Part shown: piece by piece, positions 24,972 to 37,689 of the stretch
How positions within the stretch are numbered: the stretch's first letter is position 1
Layout: each line of letters opens with the position of its first letter
Origin: Octopus vulgaris
Taxonomy: Eukaryota
DNA length: 64,000 bases
Assembly: GCA_951406725.2 (NCBI GenBank)
Contig: OX597831.1
Location: 36,828,001 to 36,892,000 of the forward strand
Reading direction: 5' to 3'
Made by a program: the position numbers and the translations under genes
Notes under the pieces: model-generated
Database searches by the model: none
The model's input: the letters and a program-made list of their open reading frames with translations, nothing else
What the model was told of the DNA's origin: nothing

Positions 24972-25062
24972 AAATGCTTGTATTAGCATGTATGAAAATA
25001 TTTAAACTTGTAAACACACACATACATACATATATGCATATATGTATATACATATGTAGGCT

Positions 25063-25117
<55 letters not shown>

Positions 25118-25297
25118 GTATATACAAAATTATCATAAATAGATGAAGCTGTATACCTATGTATGAATATATTTGCATACTGTATACATATATATCCGTT
25201 TGCACATATATATGTATACCTGGGTCTGTGTATGTAAATATATATATATATATGTACATATATATATATATGTACATATATATATATGTATATTTAC

Positions 25298-25361
<64 letters not shown>

Positions 25362-25365
25362 ATAT

Positions 25366-25430
<65 letters not shown>

Positions 25431-26221
25431 TAGATAGATAGATATATACACACACATAAACCAAGTGTATGTAAATATGCATATTTATTTCGTCATTAGG
25501 CATGGTCTATGTATATATATATATATGTTAAGTGCACATGTGCGTTTGTGCCTCTCTGTATGGGTATATATCAATGTGTGTGTGTGTGAGAGAGAGACAG
25601 AGACACAGAGAGAGAGAGAGAGACAGAGAATGGAAGGTAGGGAGCTATGTGCAAGTCCCCACGCAAACATTTATAAGAGCGGAGTTTTAAGGAGAATCGC
25701 TAACCTTCAGTTGATTGTTACGTTTTATCCTGTTACCCTTGTTTAAAACTCTATCTGACCAAGCAACTGATTTCTTATCTTTATGTTCTTTCATGATCCA
25801 TTTATTTCACGGCAGCCACACATCTAATTCCCTATAAATTCATGATAGCGATCCCTGCTCTGTTATTACGGTAGTCAACATCTTTGTAGTGTTCACTGAA
25901 ATAGCATCTAAGATCTCACTCTTATACTACATATACATACATACATATACGCGTACACACACACACACATATATATATACATGCATATATATATATATAT
26001 ATATACATACATACACACACATATATATACACACACATACACACATATATATACATGTATATATATACATACATATATATATATATATATGCATAGTTAT
26101 ATGTATATATATATATATGTGTATACATATATATAGATATACATATATATATATGTATATATGTATTTGTATATATATTTGTATATATGTATGTGTATAT
26201 ATACACACACACACATATTTG

Positions 26222-26254
<33 letters not shown>

Positions 26255-26262
26255 GTATTATG

Positions 26263-26296
<34 letters not shown>

Positions 26297-26320
26297 TGTA
26301 TGTATGTATGTATGTATTGA
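22060..26320. repeat. Cluster of long degenerate (TA)/(TG)/(CA) tracts separated by AT-rich unique stretches
   Basis: Direct reading; source of the Y/I/C/M/H/T-rich ORFs. Confidence 0.9.
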
Positions 26321-26524
26321 AAGCCAAAGAAAGTTATAAAATGAGTTGTTCCATTCAATTTATCTGCTTTTATGTTACCTTAACCAAAACCATATAAAAC
26401 TCAGATTTGATTAATCTTTATTGACAAATATGAAATTGTTTATTTTTTCTGTTGATTTGGGCATAAAGGTCTTGTCTTTGTTGGTGGTGGTGGAGGTGGG
26501 AGTTAAAGAAGGAGGCAACCTCTT

Positions 26525-26570
<46 letters not shown>

Positions 26571-27289
26571 TGATGATGATGATGATGCTACTGTTGATAA
26601 AGATGATGATAGTAACCACATAGAGGCCACATAAATTTCCATTATAATAATAGGCAGTCTTTTTCTGATTTCTTTTAATAGGTCATTGACTGAACTTTCA
26701 TAGACATAATTCTTGCATGATTCATTGTCTTTGTCACAAATGGTATACATCCTTCACTTTCTCATCGTGCTATAATTTTCATGCTTTCATATTTTGCAAT
26801 GTTTCACAGAAACACATGGTGGAATCTGTGGAACATTGAATGAAATGGTGGGTCGGTGTTCAGTTACCTTCCTCTATATACTGAGTTCATATCCTATTGT
26901 GGTCAGACCCTGCTTGTTTTATTTCTTCCTGAGTTAATAAAATGGTAAGAAACTCTCAAGAGAACTTAGAGAGCAGAAGGACATCAGAGATGAAAACCCC
27001 ACTAAGGTAGGTATTTTTCTTACCCTCTAAAGCTGCCAGGCCACGTCTAGGTTATGACGCCTGGGGGCCTTTCTGCTGAGAACTTTTAGTCCCTTGGATA
27101 CTGGAGCCTTTTTGCATTTAAACTGCCTGTGGATTTCATCTTGATGTAACTCTTCTCTGTGGACTCAGCTTTCAAACTTAAACTCATAGAAGAAATGACA
27201 TTAGTTGTTATGTGAGTGGGGAAGCATCAACACTACGACAATGGCTCACTCAGAGTTACTTCCCCTAGAATTAAAATGCAAAAATATTA

Positions 27290-27837
27290 TTTTCTACTCA
27301 AGGCACAAGGCTAACGTTTCTTATTTCTTTATTGGCTACAAGAAGCTAAACAGAGAGGGGACAAACAAGGACAGACAAAGGGATTAAGTCAATTACATCG
27401 ATCCCAGTGTGTAACTGGTACTTAATTTATCGACCCGAAAGGACAAAAGCTAAGACGACCATGGCGAAATTTGAACTCAGAATGTAATGCTGCTAAGCAT
27501 TTTGCTGGCATGCTAACGATTCTGCCAGCTTGCTGTCTTAAAATGTAAAAATATTGCCTTTAATATTGTCAATTTTTGGAGTTGATAGCAGCAGCTTTAC
27601 CCATCCTCCCCAAAATTTGTAATCTTGGAGTCAAATAATTATTTCTACTATAGACACAAAGTCTGGAATTTGTGGGGGTCGGATGGTCGATTACATCAAC
27701 TCCAGTACTCGACTGGTACTTAATTTATCGACCCTGAAAGGGTGAAAGGCATAGTCGACCTCAGTGGAATTTGAACCCAGACAAAATACTGCTAAGCAAT
27801 TTGTCCAGCATGCTAACAATTCTGCCAGCTCACCGCT
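27290..27837 (-). mobile_element. Two family B SINE copies (~27290-27538 and ~27640-27837)
   Basis: Each contains ACTGGTACTTAATTTATCGACCC...ATTTGAAC...GCTAAGCA...TTCTGCCAGCT. Confidence 0.8.
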
Positions 27838-27964
27838 TTCTTGGCATCAAATAATGTAGAATAGAAGACTGGTAGATTCTTTAGAATGCCTTTAGTTGTT
27901 TAGTTTCATCGCCTTTCATTCTGAGTTCAAATCCTGCCAAGGTTGACTTTACTTTTCCTTTTTC

Positions 27965-28190
27965 ATCAACATCAACATCATCATCATCATCATCATCATC
28001 ATCCTCATTTAACGCTTATTGTTCAATGCTGGCATGGGCTGAATGGTTTGAGCAGAGCTAACAAGCTGGAGAGCCGCACCAGGCTCCAGTCTGGTTTGGC
28101 ATGGTTTCTACAGCTGGATGCCCTTCCTAATGCCAACCACTGTACAGTGTGTGCTAGGTGATTTTATGCAGCACCACATGAGTACTTTAA
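27965..28190 (-). mobile_element. RTE-related 3' end (family D)
   Basis: (CAT)n, then CAGCTGGATGCCCTTCCTAATGCCAACCAC. Confidence 0.75.
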
Positions 28191-28939
28191 CGTGACACAG
28201 ACAAAGGAATCTTGCAAGCCAATCCTCTTTACCAGGTGGGGTGGCCTTAATCTTTTATAAAAATAAGTATTGGTCAAAAACAAATTGATTTTTAATGACC
28301 GTAACTCAACACCTAAATTCTTGGCAATGTCCATATTTTAGAAATACCCATTGATAGTTTTGAAGATAGTGGACATGAGGTCCAATGGCATACATAACCC
28401 AGGGATGAGCGGGCCACCAACAAGATTTCCAAACCCTACAAAGCATTTAAATGTAAGTTATGTCAGTGTTTAGTTTCATACCAGACTAGTCAGGGTCCAG
28501 GGTTCAGGTTCAAGAAAGCCAAACATCGGACGGTGTAAAAAAACTGGTTGAAAAAATTAAGGTGCCCACTCCATCGAAATGTAATGGAAACTAGTTGGAT
28601 TCCTTAAATAGTTAAAATTATTTGAGCATTGTGTAAATCGCCCTCTGATATTTCTTCTAAATATGTATGTTCTGGGTTCAAATCAAACCAGGCTCAGTTT
28701 TGTCTTTGGGGGAGGGGTCAAGAAAAAGAAGCACCAGTCAAGTACTGACGCTGATGAATTCCCTAATCCCCTCCCCTCAAAACTGCTTCGTGCTTGGGTT
28801 TCTCTAAACGGAGCCTTCTATTAAAATTACTAAAAATCAAAATAAAAGAGAAACTGAACAGAAAAACAAAGAATGGTTAATATTTGAGCTGATGAAGGTG
28901 GTGAGCTGTTAGAATTAGGAGTTTTGTTCTTTGTTTTTC

Positions 28940-29135
28940 ATTTACTTGTTTCACTCATTTGACTGTGGCCATGCTGGAGCACTGCCTTTTAGTCAAAGAA
29001 ATCGACCCCTGGACTTATTCTTTGTAGGGCTAGTACTTATTCTATCAGTCTCTTTTTGCCAAACCGCTAAGTTATGGAGACGTAAAGATACTAACATCAG
29101 CTGCCAAGCGATGGTGGGAGGGACAAACACAGAAC
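28940..29135 (-). mobile_element. SINE family A, 3' half
   Basis: TTACTTGTTTCACTCATTTGACTGTGGCCATGCTGGAGCAC is the reverse complement of the family A tail. Confidence 0.8.
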
Positions 29136-29144
29136 CACAAACAT

Positions 29145-29191
<47 letters not shown>

Positions 29192-29252
29192 AATTTTTCA
29201 CCCTCATTTATAAATATATATATACATATATATATATATATACCTTCAAACA

Positions 29253-29633
29253 GTTGAAGGTATCAGGGAGAGAGGTAAACCCAGGAAGACATGGGATGAG
29301 GTAGTCAAGCATGACCTTAAAGCGTTGGGCCTCACAGAGGCAATGATGAAGGACCAAGATCTCTGGAGATATGCTGTGACTGGCTTCCGTGCTGGTGGCA
29401 CATTAAAAGCACCAACCGATCATAGCCACTGCCAGACTCCCCTGGCACCTGTGCTGGTGGCATGTAAAAAGCACCCACTACACTTGCGGAGTGGTTGGTG
29501 TTAGGAAGGGCATCCAGCTGTAGATCAGACTGGAGCCTGGTGCAGCCCCTGGCTTCCCAGACCCCAGTCGAACCGTCCAACCCATGCTAGCGCGGAAACA
29601 GACGTTAAACGATGATGATGATGATGATGATGA
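29253..29633 (+). mobile_element. RTE-clade LINE 3' fragment with (GAT)n tail
   Basis: Translation approximates VEG-RGRGKPRKTWDEVVKHDLKALGLTEAMMKDQDLWRYAV, the RGRPxxxW...DRxxW C-terminus of RTE ORFs. It is followed by the family D UTR and TAAAC(GAT)n. Confidence 0.8.
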
Positions 29634-30672
29634 TATATATATATATATATACACAAATATATATACACATATATATATGTACGATGGGCTTCTTTCAGTT
29701 TCCATCAGGGTCAATGAAATAAGCACCATTTAAACACTGGAGCCAATGCAATCAACTTACGTCCTCTCCAGAAATTGCATTTTACCAAAATTTGAAACCA
29801 ATATTTGAGATGAGGAATCTGGCAGTGGTCACAAAAATAAATAAAATATCAGTCAAATAAATGTTGATGTCTGAGAAAGAGATTTCATTATTCGTTTATT
29901 TTGGTCTCCCTTTTGCATTGTCTATGACTACAGTCAATGTATGTGCCAACAAAAGCTATTCTACAAGACATGGCATAGAGTTGTTGGTTGCCTTGTTAGA
30001 AATAGGAATATTCAGAAAAAAGCATTCAGTTTTATGGAATTACATTCTGAGTTCAAGTCCTGCTAAGGTAGACTTTGTCTTTCGGCATTTCAGCTTCTAT
30101 AAAAATAAGCAGAGCTTAAGGACTGAAGGTTGCTTGGGTCAAGTGAGAGTACCCCTTGTCCTAAATTTGTGCATTTGGTCCCTCAAAAGGTTTTAAGAGT
30201 TTGAAAATCACATTTTCCCTTCATTAACTTTTTACATTTGTTTAGACTTCTCTCTCTCTTTTTTTACTTCATTGCTTAAACGGTTAACAGGTAAAGGATA
30301 AAAAAAAGCACCCGTATGCATGCAGACACACAGACACACACGTACACACATGAAAGCAAGAAAAAAGAAATATATGTATATATAAAAATCAGATAAATGA
30401 ACATTATTATTTATGTCTTAAAATTCATATCCGTTTATATGAGTTTGTCTTAATTCTTGGCAATATTTTATTTGAATTTTATCCATTTTTCCTGCTTCTG
30501 ACTGTCCCTCCTCCATATTTAGAAAGGCAGCCTAGCATGTATGGTAATTTACCCAGGCAAACTGGAATTATTCCAAGACACCACTTAGTAAAACACTTCT
30601 GGGAGTTTGGAGGTTTATCAAACAATAAACTTAGAATGTTCACTCTTCAGCTGTTATTTTTTGCATGGTATA

Positions 30673-30703
<31 letters not shown>

Positions 30704-30745
30704 GTATGTATAATATATTAGATATACACATATAAAAACATACAC

Positions 30746-30786
<41 letters not shown>

Positions 30787-31017
30787 TACATACATTATAT
30801 ATATATATATGTATTTATATATGCGTACGTATATATATACATATACATGCATACACACACATACACATATATATATATATATATAAACATACACATGTAT
30901 ATATCTGTACATACATACATACATTATATACATATCTATGTATGTATATATGAGTATGCATATATATATGTATATATATACATACATACGCACACACACA
31001 CACATACACACACACAC

Positions 31018-31048
<31 letters not shown>

Positions 31049-31482
31049 TATATACATATGGATGTATATGTAGAGTGCAGAGAAGGACAGAGAGACTAAA
31101 AAAAAAATGAAAGGAAATGAAATAAAACGTCTACACACACACGCACACGCACACACTCACACACGCACACACACACACACACACACACATACATATGATT
31201 TTATATCATATATATGAATATCCAAATAGAAATGTATTAAATATTTGTATACATACATATCATCCATATAAATGTATAGATGTGTGTGTGTGTATTTATA
31301 CATATTGTACATGTGTTCACACATACGAATGTAAGTTGATTACATTGAATCCAGTGTTTGCATAGATGCATATATACTTATACATGTATATGCATCATAT
31401 ATACATATATACTTATGCACAGGTAAAGACACATACAGATGTTCACCCATATACATATATACAGAAATCACCTAGTCATAGC

Positions 31483-31710
31483 GTAGTCCACCTATCCCGG
31501 TTCACCTATCACAGTTCACCTGTCACACTTTATTATTAAAGCTTATGTTGATTCCTCCATGGTGTTGTTTTGCATTAATAATAAAATAAATATATACAAA
31601 TTATAAAAATAATAAAAAAAAATATACTGTACAGTACTGTTTCAACTTTGTAGATTTTCACCTACTGATTGGGGTTTTTGGAATGTAACACCTGTGATAG
31701 TAGGGATTAC

Positions 31711-31711
<1 letters not shown>
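31483..31711. mobile_element. Possible pogo/Tigger-type MITE relic
   Basis: Imperfect terminal inverted repeats GTAGTCCACCTATCCCGG and CCTGTGATAGTAGGGATTAC. Confidence 0.35.
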
Positions 31712-31751
<40 letters not shown>

Positions 31752-31800
31752 AATATTAAATTTCTAAATCTCTCATAGAGATATGTATGGTGGTGGGGTG

Positions 31801-32009
31801 ATAGAATGGTTGTATACTGTCAATCTAACGTGAATGTGACAGTAAGGGGTTACACCACTGCTGTTTAGCCCTAGGAAGCATCGACGCCTCCTGATGGCTT
31901 TGACACATTTTTCCATCAGGAGGCGTCGATGCTTCCTAGGGCTAAACAGCGGTGGTGTAATCCCCTACAGTCACGTTCACGTTAGATTGACAGTATACAA
32001 CCATTCTAT
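31801..32009. repeat. Near-perfect foldback, 97-bp arms, 15-nt loop
   Basis: ATAGAATGGTTGTATAC...CGCCTCCTGATGG pairs with CCATCAGGAGGCG...GTATACAACCATTCTAT. Confidence 0.95.
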
Positions 32010-32032
32010 ATATATATGTGTATATATATATG

Positions 32033-32295
32033 TCCGTGTTGGTGGCATGTAAAAACCACCAACCGATCATGGCCATTGCCAGCCTCCCCTGGCACCTGTG
32101 CCAATGGCACGTAAAAAGCACCTACTTCACTCATGGAGTGGTTGGCGTTAGGAAGAGCATCCAGCTGTAGAAACACTGCCAGATCAGACTGGAGCCTGGT
32201 GCAGCCTCCTGGCTTCCCAGACCCTAGTCGAACCGTCCAACCCATGCTAGCATGGAAAACGGACGTTAAACGATGATGATGATGATGATGATGAT
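32033..32295 (+). mobile_element. RTE-related 3' end (family D) with (GAT)n tail
   Basis: Near match to 29385-29633. Confidence 0.85.
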
Positions 32296-32297
32296 AT

Positions 32298-32760
32298 AGG
32301 GAAAATTCATGAAAAAAACAAAAGACGAAGACAGGTGGTGTAGAAAACAAACAAATGTATTAGTATAACACTCAGGAATTGAAAAAGTCTTTTCACATTT
32401 CAAGCCTATGCTCTTCCACAGAAAGGAACACAGAAAGAAGCAAGGAGAAAAACAAGGAGAGAAAAAAATGTGTGTAGTGGCTACCGATCTATCATGGCGA
32501 CTGCCAGACAGAAGGGTCACACAGATGAGTGAAGATGTAGTGGAGATTACAAAGTAATAGTGATCCCAAAAACGAAGGTGCGCGTGTGTGTAAGAGAGTA
32601 CGTATATGCATGTGGAAGAGGGCTGGTGGTCTTGACGTGTGCATGTGTGTATGTATAGGTGTGAAAATGTGGGGATGGGAATTGGTCAGTGCTTGTGTGT
32701 GGGTGGTAGGTGGTGGTGTGTTGTGATGTGATGTGTTGTGTGGTATGGTACAGTGTGGTG
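32298..32760 (-). mobile_element. Probable PLE 3' fragment with a decayed HHR-like motif (32393-32425)
   Basis: Minus strand CTGTGGAA-GAGC-ATAG-GCTT-GAAATGT resembles the 33771-33805 motif. Its tail resembles 4265-4355. Confidence 0.45.
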
Positions 32761-32779
32761 TATATATATATATATGTAT

Positions 32780-32967
32780 ATCATCATCATCATCATTTAG
32801 TGTCCGCTTTCCATGCTAGCATGGGTTGGACGGTTCAACTGGGGTCTGGGAAGCCAGAAGGCTGCACCAGGCCCAGTCTGATCTGGCAGTGTTTCTACAG
32901 CTGGATGCCCTTCCTAACACCAACCACTCCGTGAGTGTAGTGGGTGCTTTTTACGTGCCACCGGCAC
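32780..32967 (-). mobile_element. RTE-related 3' end (family D)
   Basis: Reverse complement of the 32033-32295 type. Confidence 0.85.
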
Positions 32968-33149
32968 ACACATATATATATATATATATGTATGTATGTA
33001 TATATCTTTGTAATTATATATCTAAATAGATATGTTTGCCTTTTTGAACGTCTGTATGCAAGCTTGCATAGGTACTCCAGCATGGCCACAATCCAATGAC
33101 TGAAACAAGTAAAATATTATATATATTTATATAGGTAAGTAGATTTAGC

Positions 33150-33650
33150 AGTTGGAATAACCATCTAAGGGATAAGACTATCCGTTATCACTACCGGCAT
33201 AAATTACCTATGTTAACTCTGGGCATGGATATGCAAGTATACTATGCTCATAGGATACAGGCAATAACAAAGATAAAGAAGATCTTATCCAGAGTCAAAT
33301 TCAAAATAATCAGAAAATGGAGAAAACTTTTGATCAACAAATTGACTACCTTCAAGTTTTACACTGCAAAATGGTATGATTCTGAATTTAGTAATCCTTC
33401 TTTCCTCATCACAAGGCCCTGTTCTTTCCTCTCCCCTCTTCTCTTCTTTTATTTTATGTATTTGCATTCACTTTGATGAAGCTCCATGTACCAGATTGGA
33501 TGTGCTATAAAAGATGATGAATATTATTCTTATAGTTTTCTTTGGTGGCACCAACTGTCATAGGCAGCAGAAACAGCTGTTAGCAATATTAAAGTTTTGT
33601 ATCCAAAAATAATAACCGATTGGAGTCTCCATTTTCTCCATTTTCTGCCT
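33150..33650 (+). mobile_element. Degenerate PLE 3' fragment (GIY-YIG C-terminus plus long-stem-II HHR relic)
   Basis: Translation fragments LLINKL-T...TLQNGM resemble the LIxKLxTxxPxGxN end of PLE endonucleases. TTGATGAAGCT (33473) ... AGCAGAAACAGCTGT (33566-33580) has a palindromic ACAGCTGT. Confidence 0.5.
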
Positions 33651-33770
33651 ATTTATATATATATATATATGTATATATATGAATATATATATTCAAAATG
33701 TGACCGCGTGTGTACCGTTGGTGATTTTTTTTCCTCTGTCTTCCCTTCTCTGGATCTTTCCTTCTCCTAT

Positions 33771-33805
33771 GTTTCCGATGAAGAGCTCCGCTCGAAACAT
33801 TAAAC
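33771..33805 (+). ncRNA. Minimal hammerhead-like motif in a short PLE-type tail (33690-33903), decayed
   Basis: GTTT-CCGATGA-A-GAGC-TCC-GCTC-GAAA-CA-T-T-AAAC. Stems I and II are intact; U4>C, and a likely CG>CA change in an AACGTT palindrome. Confidence 0.55.
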
Positions 33806-33949
33806 CCTCCTTCTTTCTTTCTTTCCTGAGCGTCCAATAATACTATATTTGTTCCACGTCCTCGCATTGTTGTGTTTTTTTGTGCTTTCTTGTTTGGATT
33901 AACTATATATATATATATATATATATATAGATAGATAGATATGTATATA

Positions 33950-33991
<42 letters not shown>

Positions 33992-33994
<3 letters not shown>

Positions 33995-34180
33995 TTTTAT
34001 TCTTTTATTTGTTTCAGTCGTTTGACTGCAGCCATGCCAGAGCACCACCTTTAGTCGAGCAAATTGACCCCAGGACTTATTCTTTGTAAGCCTAGTACTT
34101 ATTCTATTGGTCTCTCGTGCCCAACTGCTAAGTGATGGGGGCGTAAACACAATGATGGGGGGGGCAAACACAAACACACA
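33992..34180 (-). mobile_element. SINE family A, 3' half
   Basis: Reverse complement of the family A tail. Confidence 0.8.
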
Positions 34181-34769
34181 AACATATACATATATATATT
34201 ACTTATTATTTATATATATATCACTTATTATTTATTTATATATATATATATATATGTATATATATTCGCATACATATGTACATGTGTGTATTTCTACATT
34301 TATGCATATGTAAATATCTGCGTTTCTGTCATTTTATGTCTTGAAAGGGATCAGACATAAGTACAGTGTGGGGCAGTGACATGATCAACTAAATCCTTGA
34401 AGAGAGAAGGAGAGAAAGAAAGAAAGAGATTGAGAGAGAGAGAGAGAGAGAGAAAGCAAGAGAGTGAGAGGGAGAGAGAGAAAGAGAACCCTAGCATAGC
34501 TCCAAACCAATAATTCAAACTAGTAATAGAATACAAGAATATACATACATGCATATGCACGTAAGTGCACGTGTGTGTGTGCATAGTATGTATATTTCTA
34601 TACTTCTATAAACACATAACGAATAACAGTAAAAGGAAGAAAAAAATAATCACTCTAAATTGCACTGGGAATTGAAATATATATTTCCTTCCAGCAGAAT
34701 ATGGTTGTTTTACTTTAATCTTGACATATTTCTAACTATGAGCTTGGCTTTCTGTTAATGGAGCTTTCT

Positions 34770-36685
34770 ATTAAAGAAAGCCAAAATGAAATAAAATGAA
34801 ATATAAATAAAAATAAAAAAAGAAAATTGGTTAATATTTGCGCTGAGGAATCTGGCAGTGTTCACAAAAATAAATGAAGGAATAAATAAATAGAAATAAA
34901 TATTAATGTCTGTGAAAGAGATTTCTTTCTTCTTTTAGTTTGGTTTCATGTTTTTGCAATATCTATGATCGTGGTCAACGTATGAGCCAACGAGAGTTAT
35001 TCTATAAGACATTGCATTGAGTTGTTGCTTGACTTGTTAGAAACAGCAGAAATATTCAGAAATATTCAGAAATCTTCAGAAATATTCATGGTACAGGCAT
35101 GGTTATAGGTGATGTGTGGTTAAGAAGTTTGATTCCTAACATATTGGGTAAGAAGTCTCTTCCACTATAGCCCCAAATTGACCAATGACTTGTGAATGGA
35201 TTTCTTAAACTGAAAGTGAAAGTAGCCCCCTCCACCTCACACACATATAGGCATGGCTGTGTGGTTAGGCAGCTTGCTTCCCAGTCACATGGTTTCGGGT
35301 TCGATCCCACAGTATGGCATCTTGGGCATGTGTCTTCTGCTATAGCCTCAGGCCAAACAAAGCCTTGTGAGTGGATTTCTTAAGCTGAAAGTGGAAGTAG
35401 CCCCTCCACCTCACACACATATAGGCATGGCTGTGTGGTTAGGCAGCTTGCTTCCCAGTCACATGGTTTCGGGTTCGATCCCACAGTATGGCATCTTGGG
35501 CATGTGTCTTCTGCTATAGCCTCAGGCCAAACAAAGCCTTGTGAGTGGATTTCTTAAGCTGAAAGTGGAAGTAGCCCCTCCACCTCACACACATATAGGC
35601 ATGGCTGTGTGGTTAGGCAGCTTGCTTCCCAGTCACATGGTTTCGGGTTTGATCCCACTGTATGGCATCTTGGGCATGTGTTTTCTGCTATAGCCTCAGG
35701 CCAAACAAAGCTTTGTGAGTGGATTTGGTAGGTGGGAAATTCTATCGTGTGTGTACATTTGTGTGTAAGTGCTTGTGCCTACTAACAGAGAGGAAGGAAT
35801 ACATCACAGTATCACAGTATCTACCAGACTATCATATGCTGTTATACATCATTGGTCACAATGCGCTTCAAATTCTGTCTTGATTGCACCATTCTTTTCC
35901 ATCTTGACCAAAATTGCTTAACTAAATCAACTTTCCACTGTCGTGGAGGCCTTCTAAATGGCTTTTTCTGATCTCTTGGCTCAGTAACTGCATGGGCCCA
36001 CCTTTTGCCTGTGAAGCTTTTGATATATCTGGCCCTTTGGATCTCATAGATGCATGTATGCATGTGATTGTGTGTTTGTGTCTCCTAGTTTTGACTCAGT
36101 GCAACAATTGAAGACAAATGTCATCTTTATACAAGGAGATTGTTTACAATCTTCCATAAAAACATGTCTGGTAATAGAAAATTTGCTCCATCAAATTCTG
36201 TCTGACCTATGCAAGCATGCATCAGATGTGAATGTTAAAACGATGACGATGTTTGATGCATTCAGCATGAAAAAACTAGCAACAATTCTTTTTTTTTACT
36301 AAGGGCCACAAACATCTATGTGTAGTCTCAGAATAGGGATTTTTTAATGCAAGAAAGACTGGGAGTTGCCCATACATACAAGTCTGTCTCTCTCTACTCC
36401 ATCAATGTTGCCCAATGGAAAAGCCAGTTCTGGGGTTGATATATGTCTTATAGAATAACTCTCGTTGGCTCATACGTTGACCATCATCATAAATATTGCA
36501 AAAACATGAGACCAAAATAAAAGAAGAAAGACATCTCTTTCACAGACATTAATATTTATTTCTATTTATTTATTTATTCCTTCATTTATTTTTGTGAACA
36601 CTGCCAGATTCCTCAACTCAAATATTAACCAATTTTTAAAATTTTTATTTTTATTTCATTTTATTTCATTTTGGCTTTCTTTAAT
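34770..36685. repeat. ~240-bp inverted duplication (34770-35011 and 36443-36685)
   Basis: GAGGAATCTGGCAGTGTTCACAAAAATAAATGAAGG...GGTCAACGTATGAGCCAACGAGAGTTATTCTATAAGAC recurs as its reverse complement. Confidence 0.9.
35190..35725 (+). repeat. 174-bp tandem triplication containing a family A SINE head
   Basis: GCATGGCTGTGTGGTTAGG at 35251, 35425 and 35599; the copies are nearly identical. Confidence 0.95.
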
Positions 36686-37689
36686 TATTGCAGCGATTGC
36701 TGTTGGAACACATTCTTCGAACCAACCCACCCACCCCCAACTCTACTCACAAGGAATCAATCAGCTTGGGGCTTAAAGCAGGACACACTTGTCAAAGGTG
36801 CTACACAGGTGAACTAAACCATTCAACACATGATTGGTTGTAGAAGCAAGCTTCTTAACCATGCAGCCACAAGAAAATAACTAACTTATTATTTCTGTTG
36901 ATATTAAGAAAGAGGATATAACGGAAAATTGAAATGTAGTGTTGAAAATAAAACAAAAGAGTGAAAGTAACAGAACAACATGGCTAACTCTTTAGCAATT
37001 GTTTTTATGCTTTTCTTTGGCTTCTTTTATTTTACAGAACATGTGATAACAAAGAAATGTATGTAAAATGATTCTTAGAGAATATAGATGGTTATATAAA
37101 TAATATAAATACTAATAATATAAATAATAAACTATAACTAAAATTTATTCATTTAAAATACTTTATTTATTTTAAAAGTTATCAAGAATGCAAAGCATAT
37201 GACAACAAGAGAAAATACTGAGATATTAATATTTCAGATTACGTGCAACTGCTTTCAAGAAATTCATGTTTTTTTTTTGTTTTGTTTTTTTTTAGTAAAT
37301 TCAAAATTGTAATTGTGTATCATATTCGTAAAGTGCTATATGATATCTCTGCATTTCTTCATTCAGTTCGTTGTTTTCTCGAAGTTTATTTGTGTTCAAT
37401 ACATTCTTCATAACAGAAATATGTGACATTTACTTGATAAGTTTCTTTCTCTTATCACTTCTAAATCCTTGGAATGCATTTACATTACACATTAATTTAT
37501 TTATCATACAACCAGCTCAAAAAACACACAGTGTGAATCACTCGCATTATTGAGTAGTCAACTACTCAGCTTCCTGAGTTGAGTAACAATTGCATTTTTC
37601 ATGCTTACAGTTTGAAGAGAAACGAAAATGAGAATAAATAAAGTAAAATGACAGATTGAAAAAAAAGTGAATGATATTCTGACTTGGAT

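Noticed and set aside
26418-26750. 110-aa minus-strand ORF as an exon or LINE fragment
   Set aside because: Part of it is microsatellite-derived, and the remainder has no motif I can recognise.
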